The notes: a model not told the origin generated them from the letters alone. A DNA stretch of 64,000 bases from Hyalangium minutum (GCF_000737315.1 NZ_JMCB01000003.1:806001-870000), one strand, 5' to 3'. Numbered from the stretch's first letter, positions 46,589 to 56,087 are shown. Numbers and translations: made by a program.

Positions 46589-48244
46589 CTATGCCGATGG
46601 CTTTGCCGCTGACCGCTGCCGGAACAGCGCCTGAACCGCCAACAGCACCAGACCCAGGACGAGCGCCGTGCGACCGAACCAGTCTCCCCATGCCACCATC
46701 AAGGTCCACACGTGCTCAGACGGAGGCACTGTCATCACCACCCCCGCCCGCTGGCCGGTCTGCACCTCGCTGACGATCTCTCCCGTCGGGCTGATGAAGG
46801 CCGAGATGCCCGAGTTCGTCGCTCGCACCTGAGGCAGCCGCGTCTCGATGCTCCGGAACGCCGCCAGCCGCAGGTGCAGCTTCGGCCCCGCCGACGTCCC
46901 AAACCAGGAGTCGTTCGAGATCGTCACGATGAGATCCGCGCCTTTGCGCACCGCCTCCGCGACGTAGCCTGGAAAGATGGCCTCGTAGCAGATGAGGGGC
47001 GCCACCTTCAGCACTCTCCCGCCTCGCAGCGGGAAGACGAACGATTGAGGCCCCGGCCCCCGCTTCCACGTCCCCAACCACGGCAGCAGCCCACGCACCC
47101 GGGGCGTGTCCAGCAGCTCGGGGACATACTCTGTTAGCGGGAACAGCATCGTCTTGCGGTAGACCCCGAGTTCCAGCCGCTTCTCCTCCGCATCTCCCAC
47201 GGGGCCCAGGAACATCGCCGCGTTGAACTCGCGATCTTGCTCCAGGTCGTAAGCCCCAAAGATGAGCGGCATCTGGTTCTCGCCGACAAACTGCGCGAGT
47301 TCCTGATCGAACTCCTCGCCCTCCGGGCTCTTCGGCGAGCCGAACGTCGTCGGATATACCGTCTCCGGCCACACGATCAGATCCGGCTTAGGCTCCTTCA
47401 TCAGCTCGCGGGACAGCTCGTAGTGCGTGTCGAGGATCTTCCGGACTGCGTCGTACGTTCCCAGTTCCTCCCTCAGCTTCGCGTAGTCCGTGATGTTGGC
47501 CTGCACCACTCCCACCGAGAGCGCTGGACCAGACCGCATCAGCGCGCTCACCTGCTGGTACCGGAAAGCCCCATACCCGGTGAGCCCTCCCACCATGGCC
47601 ACCAGAACCGCGACAGGCGTGCGCAACACCCTCGCTCCAGGCCACTTCCACCCTCGTGCCGCGAAGGACTTCAGCGCCGCCAGAACACACTCGCTGCCCA
47701 AGATCAGGAGCACCGTGAGCCCGTGTGCCCCTGCGATGTCGGCCCCCTGCCGCTGCCACGCAGAGCTGTAGAGGCCTTGGCCCAGCGTGTCCGAGAACAG
47801 CTTCGGCCACGCCCACTCCGTGCCCACATAGACCAGAGCCCCCACCAGCCCCACACGCAGGAAGGCCCCCTCCGGAACCCACCGCCGCGCCAAGTACCGA
47901 GCCAGTGCCGCGGTGATGAACTGGGGCTGCAGAATCGGCGCGCACAGCAGTAGGACCAGCCAGTACGCCCACGCCGAAGACGAGCGCGCATATCCCTGCA
48001 ACGCATCCGCAAACCAGCCGAAGATCACCGCGGTGAAGACGACGCTCAGCAACAGCCCCGCTGCCAGGGCCTGACGCACCGTCCTGACTCGATCCAGCAC
48101 CGCCAGCCAGGGGACCAGTGCCACCCAGCATGCCCAGACCCAGGCCACTTCCATCCGCCCGAAGAGCCATACCAACAACGAGGTTGCCACCGCCCCGAGG
48201 AACATCTCCCCGGACCGCCGCCCCACCGACACCTCTGTGTTCAT
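46589..48244 (-). CDS. lnt: Apolipoprotein N-acyltransferase
   Basis: Multiple TM helices plus nitrilase domain with triad WPET (E), YRK (K), ICYE (C); SNDSWFG, RATNSGIS. Confidence 0.92.
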   Translation of the reverse strand: MNTEVSVGRRSGEMFLGAVATSLLVWLFGRMEVAWVWACWVALVPWLAVLDRVRTVRQALAAGLLLSVVFTAVIFGWFADALQGYARSSSAWAYWLVLLLCAPILQPQFITAALARYLARRWVPEGAFLRVGLVGALVYVGTEWAWPKLFSDTLGQGLYSSAWQRQGADIAGAHGLTVLLILGSECVLAALKSFAARGWKWPGARVLRTPVAVLVAMVGGLTGYGAFRYQQVSALMRSGPALSVGVVQANITDYAKLREELGTYDAVRKILDTHYELSRELMKEPKPDLIVWPETVYPTTFGSPKSPEGEEFDQELAQFVGENQMPLIFGAYDLEQDREFNAAMFLGPVGDAEEKRLELGVYRKTMLFPLTEYVPELLDTPRVRGLLPWLGTWKRGPGPQSFVFPLRGGRVLKVAPLICYEAIFPGYVAEAVRKGADLIVTISNDSWFGTSAGPKLHLRLAAFRSIETRLPQVRATNSGISAFISPTGEIVSEVQTGQRAGVVMTVPPSEHVWTLMVAWGDWFGRTALVLGLVLLAVQALFRQRSAAKPSA

Positions 48245-48912
48245 GGCTTCTGCTCCGCCTGCTCCAGGTGCTCGGGATCCAGCATCTGCACGGGCAATCC
48301 TGGCGGCGCCAGCTCCGGCGGGACAATGCCGTTCTCCGTCACCTTCATGGGCTGGCCATTCGCGTCCAGCGGCGGCTTGTCCGGGCTGAACATCAGGATC
48401 GCAGGCAACTGCTCGCCGTCATCTGTCGCCTGGTAGTGCCGGACGTAGCCCGGAGGGAGCTCGAAGTCCTCCGGAACGATGATCCCCTTCTTGATCGGAT
48501 CCGACCCATGCGCCGGGAACAGCATCATCCCCGTAGGCGCCTCCCCGGGCTTGGGCATCTCGTAGAGGCCTTCGGGGAGCTGCTCGAGCACCTCTTCCGG
48601 CACCGCCTCCAGTTGCTCCTGCATGTGCTTGGGGAGCTCTTGTTTCACGGCTGGCTTCGCGGGCCTCGCCACGGGGCGCACGGGAGCGGGTGCCGGGCGC
48701 TCCATCGGTGGAGGCTCGTTCACCGGCAGCTCCGGCAGGCTCTCCACCTCGGGCTTGTCGAAGAACAGCCACGCGCTCAGCCCCAAGCCAATGCACGTGA
48801 TGGCGATCCCCAGCCCGAGCACCCACGTGGCGCCACCCGCGCGCCGTTGCTCGACCCGGACGATACCATCGCTGTCGACGCGCCGCTCTGGGGCCGGGGA
48901 TTGCTCCGGCAT
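48241..48912 (-). CDS. Hypothetical single-pass membrane protein, translationally coupled to lnt
   Basis: One TM segment, Pro-rich linker, conserved-looking core GIIVPEDFELPPGYVRHYQATDDG; 4-bp overlap with lnt. Confidence 0.75.
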   Translation of the reverse strand: MPEQSPAPERRVDSDGIVRVEQRRAGGATWVLGLGIAITCIGLGLSAWLFFDKPEVESLPELPVNEPPPMERPAPAPVRPVARPAKPAVKQELPKHMQEQLEAVPEEVLEQLPEGLYEMPKPGEAPTGMMLFPAHGSDPIKKGIIVPEDFELPPGYVRHYQATDDGEQLPAILMFSPDKPPLDANGQPMKVTENGIVPPELAPPGLPVQMLDPEHLEQAEQKP

Positions 48913-49009
48913 GCTCGCTCGTGACCTCCAGGCTCCGTATAGTACCGGCCCCTCTCACCGAGGCCAACTCACCCTCCCCAGGCGCTCCCGCCTCTCACCC
49001 GACGAATCC

Positions 49010-49912
49010 ATGCACGCCGCCGCCGAGCCCGCCCCTCCCCCTGGCCCTGGCGAAGACGCCGCGCCCCGCTTCCACGTCCACGCCTGGCGGCCTGCCCTCC
49101 GGCTCCTCGCCGCAACCGCCCAGCTCCTCAGCGCGAGCAACCTGCTCTACCTCGGGGCACTCTCCCTGTTGGGCATCCTCGAGGGCTTGGATCCTCCGTC
49201 TCCCTTCCAGATGCTGGTGCAACTGGCGGTGTTCTCGCTGCTGCCGCTCGTGCTCGTGTGGATGCTGCGGCGCTTCACGGCCTCCACCCTGCTCGTGGAG
49301 CCGGCCCGGCTCGTGCTCCAGTCGCGCACCGCCCGGTTCGAGATCCCGCGAGAGTCCGTCACGGGCGTCGAGCCCTGGAAGCTGCCCCTCCCCGGCTCGG
49401 GTCTGGTCCTGCGCATGAAGTCCGGACGCCGGTTCCAGTACCACCTCCAGGTGGCGGCCCCCGTTCCTCTGCTCAACGCGCTGGGCGCCTCGGTGCCCTC
49501 ATCCGCGCCCGCCGCCGAGCACCCCAGCTCCCGGTTCGGCCAGGCCCGGCATGACTGGCGGCGGCGCCTCCTGGACAAGCCCGCCTTCAAGTTCGGGCTG
49601 ATCCCGCTCGTGCCCACCGGCATCATGTTCCGTGCGCACCAGTACATCACCTTCGGCGGGCTGTTCGGCGAGTACGACATGTTCGGGCTCGCCGCCTACC
49701 TGCGGACCTTCGCGCTCTATTGGGTCAGCTTCACCACCGGCTTGCTGCTGTACGCCGGCTTCTGGCGGTTCGCCGCCGAGCTCCTCGCGTTCGCGATGAC
49801 TTGGCTGCTCCCCTCGCGCGCTCGCGGCATCCGGCTCGCCGCGGAGTGGCTGTGCCGCCTCATGTACTACGTGGCCGTCCCCGCGCTCATCGCCTGGCGC
49901 TTCCTGGGCTGA
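49010..49912 (+). CDS. Hypothetical polytopic membrane protein (PH-like central segment)
   Basis: ATG at 49010; about 5 hydrophobic segments; GC3-biased coding. Confidence 0.7.
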   Translation: MHAAAEPAPPPGPGEDAAPRFHVHAWRPALRLLAATAQLLSASNLLYLGALSLLGILEGLDPPSPFQMLVQLAVFSLLPLVLVWMLRRFTASTLLVEPARLVLQSRTARFEIPRESVTGVEPWKLPLPGSGLVLRMKSGRRFQYHLQVAAPVPLLNALGASVPSSAPAAEHPSSRFGQARHDWRRRLLDKPAFKFGLIPLVPTGIMFRAHQYITFGGLFGEYDMFGLAAYLRTFALYWVSFTTGLLLYAGFWRFAAELLAFAMTWLLPSRARGIRLAAEWLCRLMYYVAVPALIAWRFLG

Positions 49913-50011
49913 GCCCCTCCCGCAAAGCAAAGGGCGCGTCCCCCTCCCGCAGGAGCAGAGACGCGCCCAGGTGTCACCACGCCCAGAGCGTGGCGTCACC
50001 GCTTCACATCA

Positions 50012-51085
50012 TCACGGCGTGGCCGGGTTGTAGGTCGAGATGGACCAGCCCGTCCGCTCGTGGCCCGAGCGGTTCCACTGCGGGTTCTTGCCACCCACGA
50101 TCTGCGCCGAGGTGAAGTCCGGCGCCGCCGAGCCCGAGCCCGTGCCGATGGTGGACAGGTAGTAGGTCTGGTGCGTGTCGTCCGACTGCAGGTAGTCGTA
50201 GCTGGTGCTCGCGTTCACGTACTTCGTGTTGGAGTCGCGCAGGGTCGACTTCAGCGAGACGATGCGGGCCACGTAGTCGGCCTCGGACTCACCCGCGCGC
50301 CAGCGGATCGCGTCCACGTCGTTCTGGCCGTCGCCGTTGGAGTCGTAGTCACTCCCCATGCTCTCGGCGAAGGCGTCCGCGCACTTGAAGCCGTACGTCG
50401 CCGCCAGGTTGCACGTACGCCAGTTGCTCTTGGCCAGGTACGGCAGGAACTTGTCGCGCCGGTTCACCGACGCCCCGGTGCTCGCGTCCTTGCAGCTGGT
50501 CTGCACGTTGTCCGCGTTGTAGCCCGGGTAGTAGATGTTCATGACGATCTTGGCCTTGGCGGTGGTGGCGTACGTGTTGATCGCCTGCATCGCCTTCTCC
50601 GTGTAGGACGAACAATTGGCGAGCGCCGTGTCCAGGCCGGCATAGCTGCACGTGCCCGTCTGATCCTTGAACGCGCTGCGCGCCTGCAGGTAGTCGTTGC
50701 CGCACATCTCGAACACCACCGCGCGCACATTGCTGGCCTGCATGTACGACTTCTCGGAGATGATCTTGTTGTTGTAGATGTCGTCGGCCTTGGCGCCCGA
50801 CTTGGTGCGGCGCACCACCTCGATGTTCGCGTTCCACGCGTTGCCCAGGTACTCGCCGCTCACGTAGGGCGAGGCGCGGCGGGCCACGCTGAACAGGCTG
50901 CCGTTGTAACCGGCGAAGATCGAGTCACCGTACGCCACCACGCGGTACGTGCTCGTCGCGCCACTGCGGTTGATGGTCCAGCTGGTGTTCTGGTTGATGG
51001 TGCTCGCGGCCGCAGTGCCGCTCACCACAGTGGCTGCCAGCGCGCATGCAGCGGTCGCACCACGCAAAGTGAAACGAGGGGACAT
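50012..51085 (-). CDS. Secreted SGNH/GDSL hydrolase
   Basis: SD aaggagg; signal peptide; YGDSIFAG (block I), CGND (block III), DDTH (block V). Confidence 0.88.
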   Translation of the reverse strand: MSPRFTLRGATAACALAATVVSGTAAASTINQNTSWTINRSGATSTYRVVAYGDSIFAGYNGSLFSVARRASPYVSGEYLGNAWNANIEVVRRTKSGAKADDIYNNKIISEKSYMQASNVRAVVFEMCGNDYLQARSAFKDQTGTCSYAGLDTALANCSSYTEKAMQAINTYATTAKAKIVMNIYYPGYNADNVQTSCKDASTGASVNRRDKFLPYLAKSNWRTCNLAATYGFKCADAFAESMGSDYDSNGDGQNDVDAIRWRAGESEADYVARIVSLKSTLRDSNTKYVNASTSYDYLQSDDTHQTYYLSTIGTGSGSAAPDFTSAQIVGGKNPQWNRSGHERTGWSISTYNPATP

Positions 51086-51090
51086 GGACT

Positions 51091-51122
51091 GCCTCCTTAA
51101 GGCTCCCGGGGGATTGGGAGGC
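51091..51122 (-). promoter_or_regulatory. 5'-UTR element with two mutually exclusive pairings over the SD; one exposes an AAUCCCCC loop
   Basis: mRNA reads gc-CUCCC-AAUCCCCC-GGGAG-ccuuaa-GGAGGC-aguccAUG; GCCUCC can alternatively pair with the SD GGAGGC. Confidence 0.45.
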
Positions 51123-51239
51123 GCGCAGGGTACAGACAGCCCACTTTGGATTTCTAGGGAAAAGCCCACTAGCACCGATAAACAGCAAGCAACGCACTGC
51201 GCCAACACAGGGTTTAGCAAGTCGCAGCTACGCGGCGCG

Positions 51240-54200
51240 TTAACCCAGCAACCCCTGCAACGCTGTTACGCGTTGCGTCTTCACGTTGAGCACCTTTCCC
51301 GTGCGCTCCAGCACGCCCTCTCCCACGATGAAGAGGGCGCCGTGGATGTCCCGGCGGCAACGCTCGTACACGTCGGGGGGCACCACGAGGTTGGCGATGC
51401 CCGTCTCGTCCTCCAGCGAGATGAAGCACATGCCCTTCGCGGTAGGAGGCCGCTGTCGGGTAATCAACATGCCCCCCACGGCCACACGCCGCCCCGAGGC
51501 CACGCGCTGGAGCCCCTCGGCGGACACCGCGCCCAGCTTGCGCAGCGCCGGCCGCAGCAGCTCCAGCGGGTGCTTCTCCAGCGAGACGCCCACCGTCTCG
51601 AAGTCCGCCTCCACCCGCTCGGCCACGCTCATGGGCGGCAGCTCCACCTGCGTGCCGTCCATGGGCAACCCGAAGAACAGATCGTCCTCGTCCAACGGGC
51701 CCAGCGCCTGGATCTCCCACAGCGCCTGCCTCCGCGAGCCGCTGATCGAGGCCAGCGCTCCCGCCAGCGCCAGCCGCGTCAGCTCGTGCCGGGCGATGCG
51801 GGCTCGCCGCGCCAGCTCGCCCACGCTGCCGTAGCCCTGGCCGCGAGCGGCCGCCACACGCCGCCCCGCCGACTCGTTCAGTCCTCGCACCATGCGCAGG
51901 CCCAGCCGCAGCACCCCACCCTCCTCCAGCGTGCAGTCCCAGTCCGAGCACCGCGCGTCCACCGGCCGCACCTCCACCCCGTGCCGCTTCGCGTCCGCCA
52001 CCAGCGTGTGCGGCGCGTAGAAGCCCATGGGCTGCGAGTTGAGCAGCGCCGCGCAGAAGGCCTGCGGGTAGTGGTACTTCAGCCACGAGGACGCATACGC
52101 GATCAGCGCGAACGACGCCGAGTGGGACTCGGGGAAGCCGTAGTGGGCGAAGCCGCGGAACTGCTCGAAGAGCTGCGCCATGTACTCCTGTGAGTAGCCC
52201 CGCTTCACCCCACCCTCCACGAAGCGGATGCGGTAGGGCTCCAGCAGCTGCTCGGCCCGCTTGTGCCCCAGCGCCCGCCGCAGCCCGTCCGCCTCGCCCG
52301 CCGTGAAGCCTCCCGCCACCATGGCCAGCTTCATCGCCTGCTCCTGGAAGAGCGGCACGCCCAGGGTCTTCTCGAGGATGGCTCGCACCTCGGGCGTCGG
52401 GTACGTGGGCACCTCCTTGCCGTCCCGCCGCCGCAGGTACGGGTGCACCATGTTGCCGACAATGGGCCCCGGGCGGATGAGCGCGATCTCGACCACCAGA
52501 TCATAGAAGGTGCGCGGCTTGAGCCTCGGCAGCATGCTCATCTGCGCCCGGCTCTCGATCTGGAACACGCCCACCGTGTCCGCATCGCACAGCATGTCGT
52601 AGACTTGGGGGTCCTCCGGCGGAATCGTCGCCAGCGACAGCTCCCGGCCAAAGTGCTCGCGGATGTACCTCAGGCACTTGGCCACCGCCGTCAGCATGCC
52701 CAGCGCCAGCAGGTCCACCTTCAGCAAGCCCAGCGCGTTGGTGTCATCCTTCTCCCACTGGATGACCGTGCGGCCCTTCATCGCCGCGTTCTCCACCGGC
52801 ACCAGGTCCACCAGCGGCTCTCGCGTAATGACGAAGCCGCCCACGTGGATGGAGAGGTGGCGCGGGAAGCCCTCGATCTCCTGCGCCAGCGTCAGCGTCT
52901 GCCCCACCCGGCGATCGAACGCGGAGAGCCCCGCCTCGGCCAGCACCTCGGGCGTAACGTCAAACCCGTAGGCCGACGCCACCTTGGAGAGCCGATCCAC
53001 CTGATCCAGCGACAGTCCCAGCCCCTTGCCCACTTCGCGCAGCGCCAGCCGGCCCCGGTAGCAGATCACCTCGCAGACCATGCCCGCACGGTGACGGCCG
53101 TGCTTCTCGTAGACGTACTGGAGCACTTCCTCGCGGCGCTCGTGCTCGAAGTCCACGTCGATGTCCGGCGGCTCCTTGCGCTCCATGCTCAGGAAGCGCT
53201 CGAAGAGCAGCCCCATCCGCACCGGATCGATCGCCGTGATCTGCAGCGCGTAGCAGACCGCCGAGTTCGCCGCGCTCCCGCGCCCCTGGCACAGGATCCC
53301 TCGGTTGCGCGCGAAGTGGACGATGTCCCAGAGCGCCAGGAAGTAGCCCGGAAAGTCCAGTGCCTCGATGAGCGTCAGCTCGTGGTCGATCTGCTTGCGT
53401 ACCTCGGGCGGCACTCCGCCCGGGTAGCGCACCCCGAGCCCCTCCTCCGTCAACACTCGCAGGTGCTCCATCGCCGTGCGCCCCGGCGGCAGATCCTCCT
53501 CCGAGAAGTGGTAGCGCAGCTCATCCAGCGTCGCGTGGCAGCGGTTGGCGATCTCCAGCGTGCGCTCCAGCACCTCGGGGCGATCCCGGAACAGCCGCGC
53601 CATCTCCGCTGGGGACTTCAAGGTGCGCTCGGCGTTGGGCAGCAGCTTCGTGCCCGCCTTGTCCACCGTCGTCTTGTGCCGGACGCACGTGAGCACGTCC
53701 TGCAGCGGCTGGCGGCGCCGGTGGTGCGTGTGCACATCGTTGTGCGCGCACAGGGGCACGTTGAGCGTGCGCGCCAGGGCCTCGGCCTGGGCCTCGCGGG
53801 CCTTGTCCCCCGCGGACAGCGTGCGGCACAGCCCCACGTAGAAGCGCCCCGCGAAGGCCTCGGCCAACGGCGCCACCTGCTCCGCGGGAGCCGGGTTCGG
53901 CAGCAGTGCAATCAGCCCTTCGGAACGCTCGGCCACCGCGCGCCACGGCAACCCCGCCTCGCCCTTCGGGTGTGACATCCGGCTGGCGGAGACCAGCCGG
54001 CACAAGTTCGCGTATCCGCCCGCGTCCATCGCGTAGACGATCACCGGCGGCGCATCCATCAGCGTGAGCTCGGTGGCCAGCAGCAGCTTGATGCCGTGCT
54101 CCTTGGCCGCCAGGTGTGCCTTCACCACGCCGTACAGCCCGTCCGCGTCCGTCAGCGCCAGGGCCTGCATCCCCAGCCGCGCAGCCGTGGCCACGAGCTC

Positions 54201-54263
54201 CTCCGGGTGCGAGGCCCCTCGGAGAAAGGTGAAGTTGGATCGGCAGACCAGCTCGGCGTACAC
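51240..54263 (-). CDS. dnaE2: Error-prone DNA polymerase III alpha subunit
   Basis: YAELVCRSNFTFLRGASHPEEL (PHP), GRGSAANS, PPDIDVDF, FPRHLSIHVGG, KVDLLALGML, YGFPESH, LNSQPMGFY, EDETG OB fold. Confidence 0.96.
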   Translation of the reverse strand: MYAELVCRSNFTFLRGASHPEELVATAARLGMQALALTDADGLYGVVKAHLAAKEHGIKLLLATELTLMDAPPVIVYAMDAGGYANLCRLVSASRMSHPKGEAGLPWRAVAERSEGLIALLPNPAPAEQVAPLAEAFAGRFYVGLCRTLSAGDKAREAQAEALARTLNVPLCAHNDVHTHHRRRQPLQDVLTCVRHKTTVDKAGTKLLPNAERTLKSPAEMARLFRDRPEVLERTLEIANRCHATLDELRYHFSEEDLPPGRTAMEHLRVLTEEGLGVRYPGGVPPEVRKQIDHELTLIEALDFPGYFLALWDIVHFARNRGILCQGRGSAANSAVCYALQITAIDPVRMGLLFERFLSMERKEPPDIDVDFEHERREEVLQYVYEKHGRHRAGMVCEVICYRGRLALREVGKGLGLSLDQVDRLSKVASAYGFDVTPEVLAEAGLSAFDRRVGQTLTLAQEIEGFPRHLSIHVGGFVITREPLVDLVPVENAAMKGRTVIQWEKDDTNALGLLKVDLLALGMLTAVAKCLRYIREHFGRELSLATIPPEDPQVYDMLCDADTVGVFQIESRAQMSMLPRLKPRTFYDLVVEIALIRPGPIVGNMVHPYLRRRDGKEVPTYPTPEVRAILEKTLGVPLFQEQAMKLAMVAGGFTAGEADGLRRALGHKRAEQLLEPYRIRFVEGGVKRGYSQEYMAQLFEQFRGFAHYGFPESHSASFALIAYASSWLKYHYPQAFCAALLNSQPMGFYAPHTLVADAKRHGVEVRPVDARCSDWDCTLEEGGVLRLGLRMVRGLNESAGRRVAAARGQGYGSVGELARRARIARHELTRLALAGALASISGSRRQALWEIQALGPLDEDDLFFGLPMDGTQVELPPMSVAERVEADFETVGVSLEKHPLELLRPALRKLGAVSAEGLQRVASGRRVAVGGMLITRQRPPTAKGMCFISLEDETGIANLVVPPDVYERCRRDIHGALFIVGEGVLERTGKVLNVKTQRVTALQGLLG

Positions 54264-54275
54264 GCCCCCAACTTA

Positions 54276-54291
54276 CTGGACGCACGTTCAG
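54276..54291. promoter_or_regulatory. LexA (SOS) box upstream of dnaE2
   Basis: CTGGACGCACGTTCAG (CTG-N10-CAG); 14 of 17 positions match the M. xanthus LexA consensus CTRHAMRYBYGTTCAGS; 12 bp from the start codon. Confidence 0.7.
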
Positions 54292-54459
54292 AGCGCAGCC
54301 AGGATTGCTCAGGAAACGTCGGATCTCGGGGAGAACCGGGCCCGTCCGATTCCTTGTCCGGTTTCCGAGCCTGGGATCGGCCCGGGGGGTATTGATGAGG
54401 CGCCAGTGGGGAGGCCGGTTTGACAGGACGCCGAGCCCACTGCCAAACAGGAGCCCGAT

Positions 54460-54948
54460 ATGGATCTGACTCCCACCGATTGGCAGCTGTGGATCGCCGC
54501 AGCCCTGGTGTTTGGCGGCCTGGAGATCAAGCTCTCGGGGTTCGTCACGCTCTGGTTCGCGGTGGGCGCGCTGACCTCGGCGCTCGCGGCGGCCTTGGGC
54601 CTGGGGATCAACGTTCAGCTGGTCCTCTTCACGGTGGTGTCCGTGGCTCTGTTCTCCGCGTCCCGGACGATCTTCAAGCGAGCGTTCATGCGCACGGCCA
54701 GCCCCCTGAAGCTCGGCGTGGAGGCCATGATCGGCCAGGAGGCCTTGGTCACCGAGGCGCTGTCGGACCCGCACGGAGGTACTGTGCGCATCAACGGCGA
54801 GTTGTGGACGGCGCGCTCGCTGGCGGGCCCGGTGGCCGAGGGCGAGCGCGTCACGGTCGAACAGGTGGAAGGTTTGAAGCTGTGGGTGCGGCGCCCCTCC
54901 GCGTCGCTCGAGGTTTCCGCGCAGAAGAAGAAAGAGAGAGTGTCATGA
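54460..54948 (+). CDS. NfeD family protein
   Basis: Three N-terminal TM helices plus OB fold GTVRINGELWTARS...VEQVEGLKLWV; coupled to the SPFH gene. Confidence 0.92.
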   Translation: MDLTPTDWQLWIAAALVFGGLEIKLSGFVTLWFAVGALTSALAAALGLGINVQLVLFTVVSVALFSASRTIFKRAFMRTASPLKLGVEAMIGQEALVTEALSDPHGGTVRINGELWTARSLAGPVAEGERVTVEQVEGLKLWVRRPSASLEVSAQKKKERVS

Positions 54949-56018
54949 CGTTCATGACGGTGCTGTTCATCGTCGCGGCGCTGGTAGCAGGCTTTGCCCT
55001 CATCACCGGTATCCGCATCGTCCCCCAGGCCAAGGTGATGGTGGTGGAGCGGCTGGGCCGGTTCCACCACGTGGCGCACAGCGGTCTGAACATCCTGATC
55101 CCGTTCCTGGACAGCCCGCGCGCCTTCGAGATGCGCACCGGCAACCGCTTCTCCCGCAGCAACCTGGTGGATCTGCGCGAGCAGGTCATGGGCTTCGAGA
55201 CCGTGCAGGTCATCACCCATGACAACGTGAACATGGAGGTGGGCTCGGTCATCTATTACCAGGTCGTCGATCCGGCCAAGGCGCTCTACGCGGTGGAGAA
55301 CCTGGCGCTGGCCATCGAGCAGCTGACGATGACGAACCTGCGCAACATCATGGGCGGGCTGACGCTGGACCAGACGCTCACCAGCCGCGAGACGGTGAAC
55401 AGCAAGCTGCGCATGGTGCTGGACGAAGCCACGGAGAAGTGGGGCGTGAAGGTGACGCGGGTGGAGCTGCGCGAGATCGAGCCGCCGGGCGCCATCAAGG
55501 ACGCCATGGCCAAGCAGATGACGGCCGAGCGCGAGCGCCGCGCCGAGGTGACGAAGGCCGAGGGCGACAAGGCCGCGGCCATCCTCCAGGCGGAGGGCGA
55601 GAAGATCTCGCGGATCCTCCGCGCCGAGGCGGAGCGCGACGCGGAGGTGGCTCGCGCCGAGGGCCACAAGCGCGCGGTGGTGCTGGAGGCCGAGGCCAAG
55701 GCCGAGGCCACGCGCCTGGTGTTCGAGGCGGTGCACGAGGGCCGCGCCACCCCCGAGGTGCTCGCGCTGCGCTACCTGGAGACGCTGCAGGAGCTGGGCA
55801 AGGGCACCAACAAGGTGTTCGTGCCGTACGAGGCCAGCGTGGCCCTGGGCAGCGTGGGCATGCTCAAGGAGCTGTTCGCCAAGGAGGGCGACGCGGATGG
55901 CGCGACGCTGAAGACCAAGCCCTCGGCGGCGGCCCTGAGCGCGCAGGCCATCGCGCGCAACGCGGCGCAGCCGGTGCCCGTGCGCCGCAGCCCGCCGTCG
56001 CTGCCCCAGGACGAGTAA
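54945..56018 (+). CDS. SPFH/stomatin (QmcA-like) protein
   Basis: VVERLGRF, VITHDNV, TLRNIMG-like MTNLRNIMGGLTLDQTL, WGVKVTRVE, MAKQMTAERERRA. Confidence 0.95.
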   Translation: MTFMTVLFIVAALVAGFALITGIRIVPQAKVMVVERLGRFHHVAHSGLNILIPFLDSPRAFEMRTGNRFSRSNLVDLREQVMGFETVQVITHDNVNMEVGSVIYYQVVDPAKALYAVENLALAIEQLTMTNLRNIMGGLTLDQTLTSRETVNSKLRMVLDEATEKWGVKVTRVELREIEPPGAIKDAMAKQMTAERERRAEVTKAEGDKAAAILQAEGEKISRILRAEAERDAEVARAEGHKRAVVLEAEAKAEATRLVFEAVHEGRATPEVLALRYLETLQELGKGTNKVFVPYEASVALGSVGMLKELFAKEGDADGATLKTKPSAAALSAQAIARNAAQPVPVRRSPPSLPQDE

Positions 56019-56057
56019 CCCCCATCGCTCCGGGTGCTGTCTCCCGGAGCGGTGCCC

Positions 56058-56087
56058 CCGCCCCTCGCTCAGCCGAGGGGCGGTTTT
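56058..56087 (+). terminator. Intrinsic terminator after nfeD-SPFH
   Basis: ccgcccctcg-ctcagc-cgaggggcgg perfect 10-bp stem followed by tttt. Confidence 0.7.

Noticed and set aside
51188-51204. Minus-strand TGGCGCAGTGCGTTGCT as a sigma54 promoter for the SGNH gene
   Set aside because: GG-to-GC spacing is 11 nt; sigma54 requires 10.
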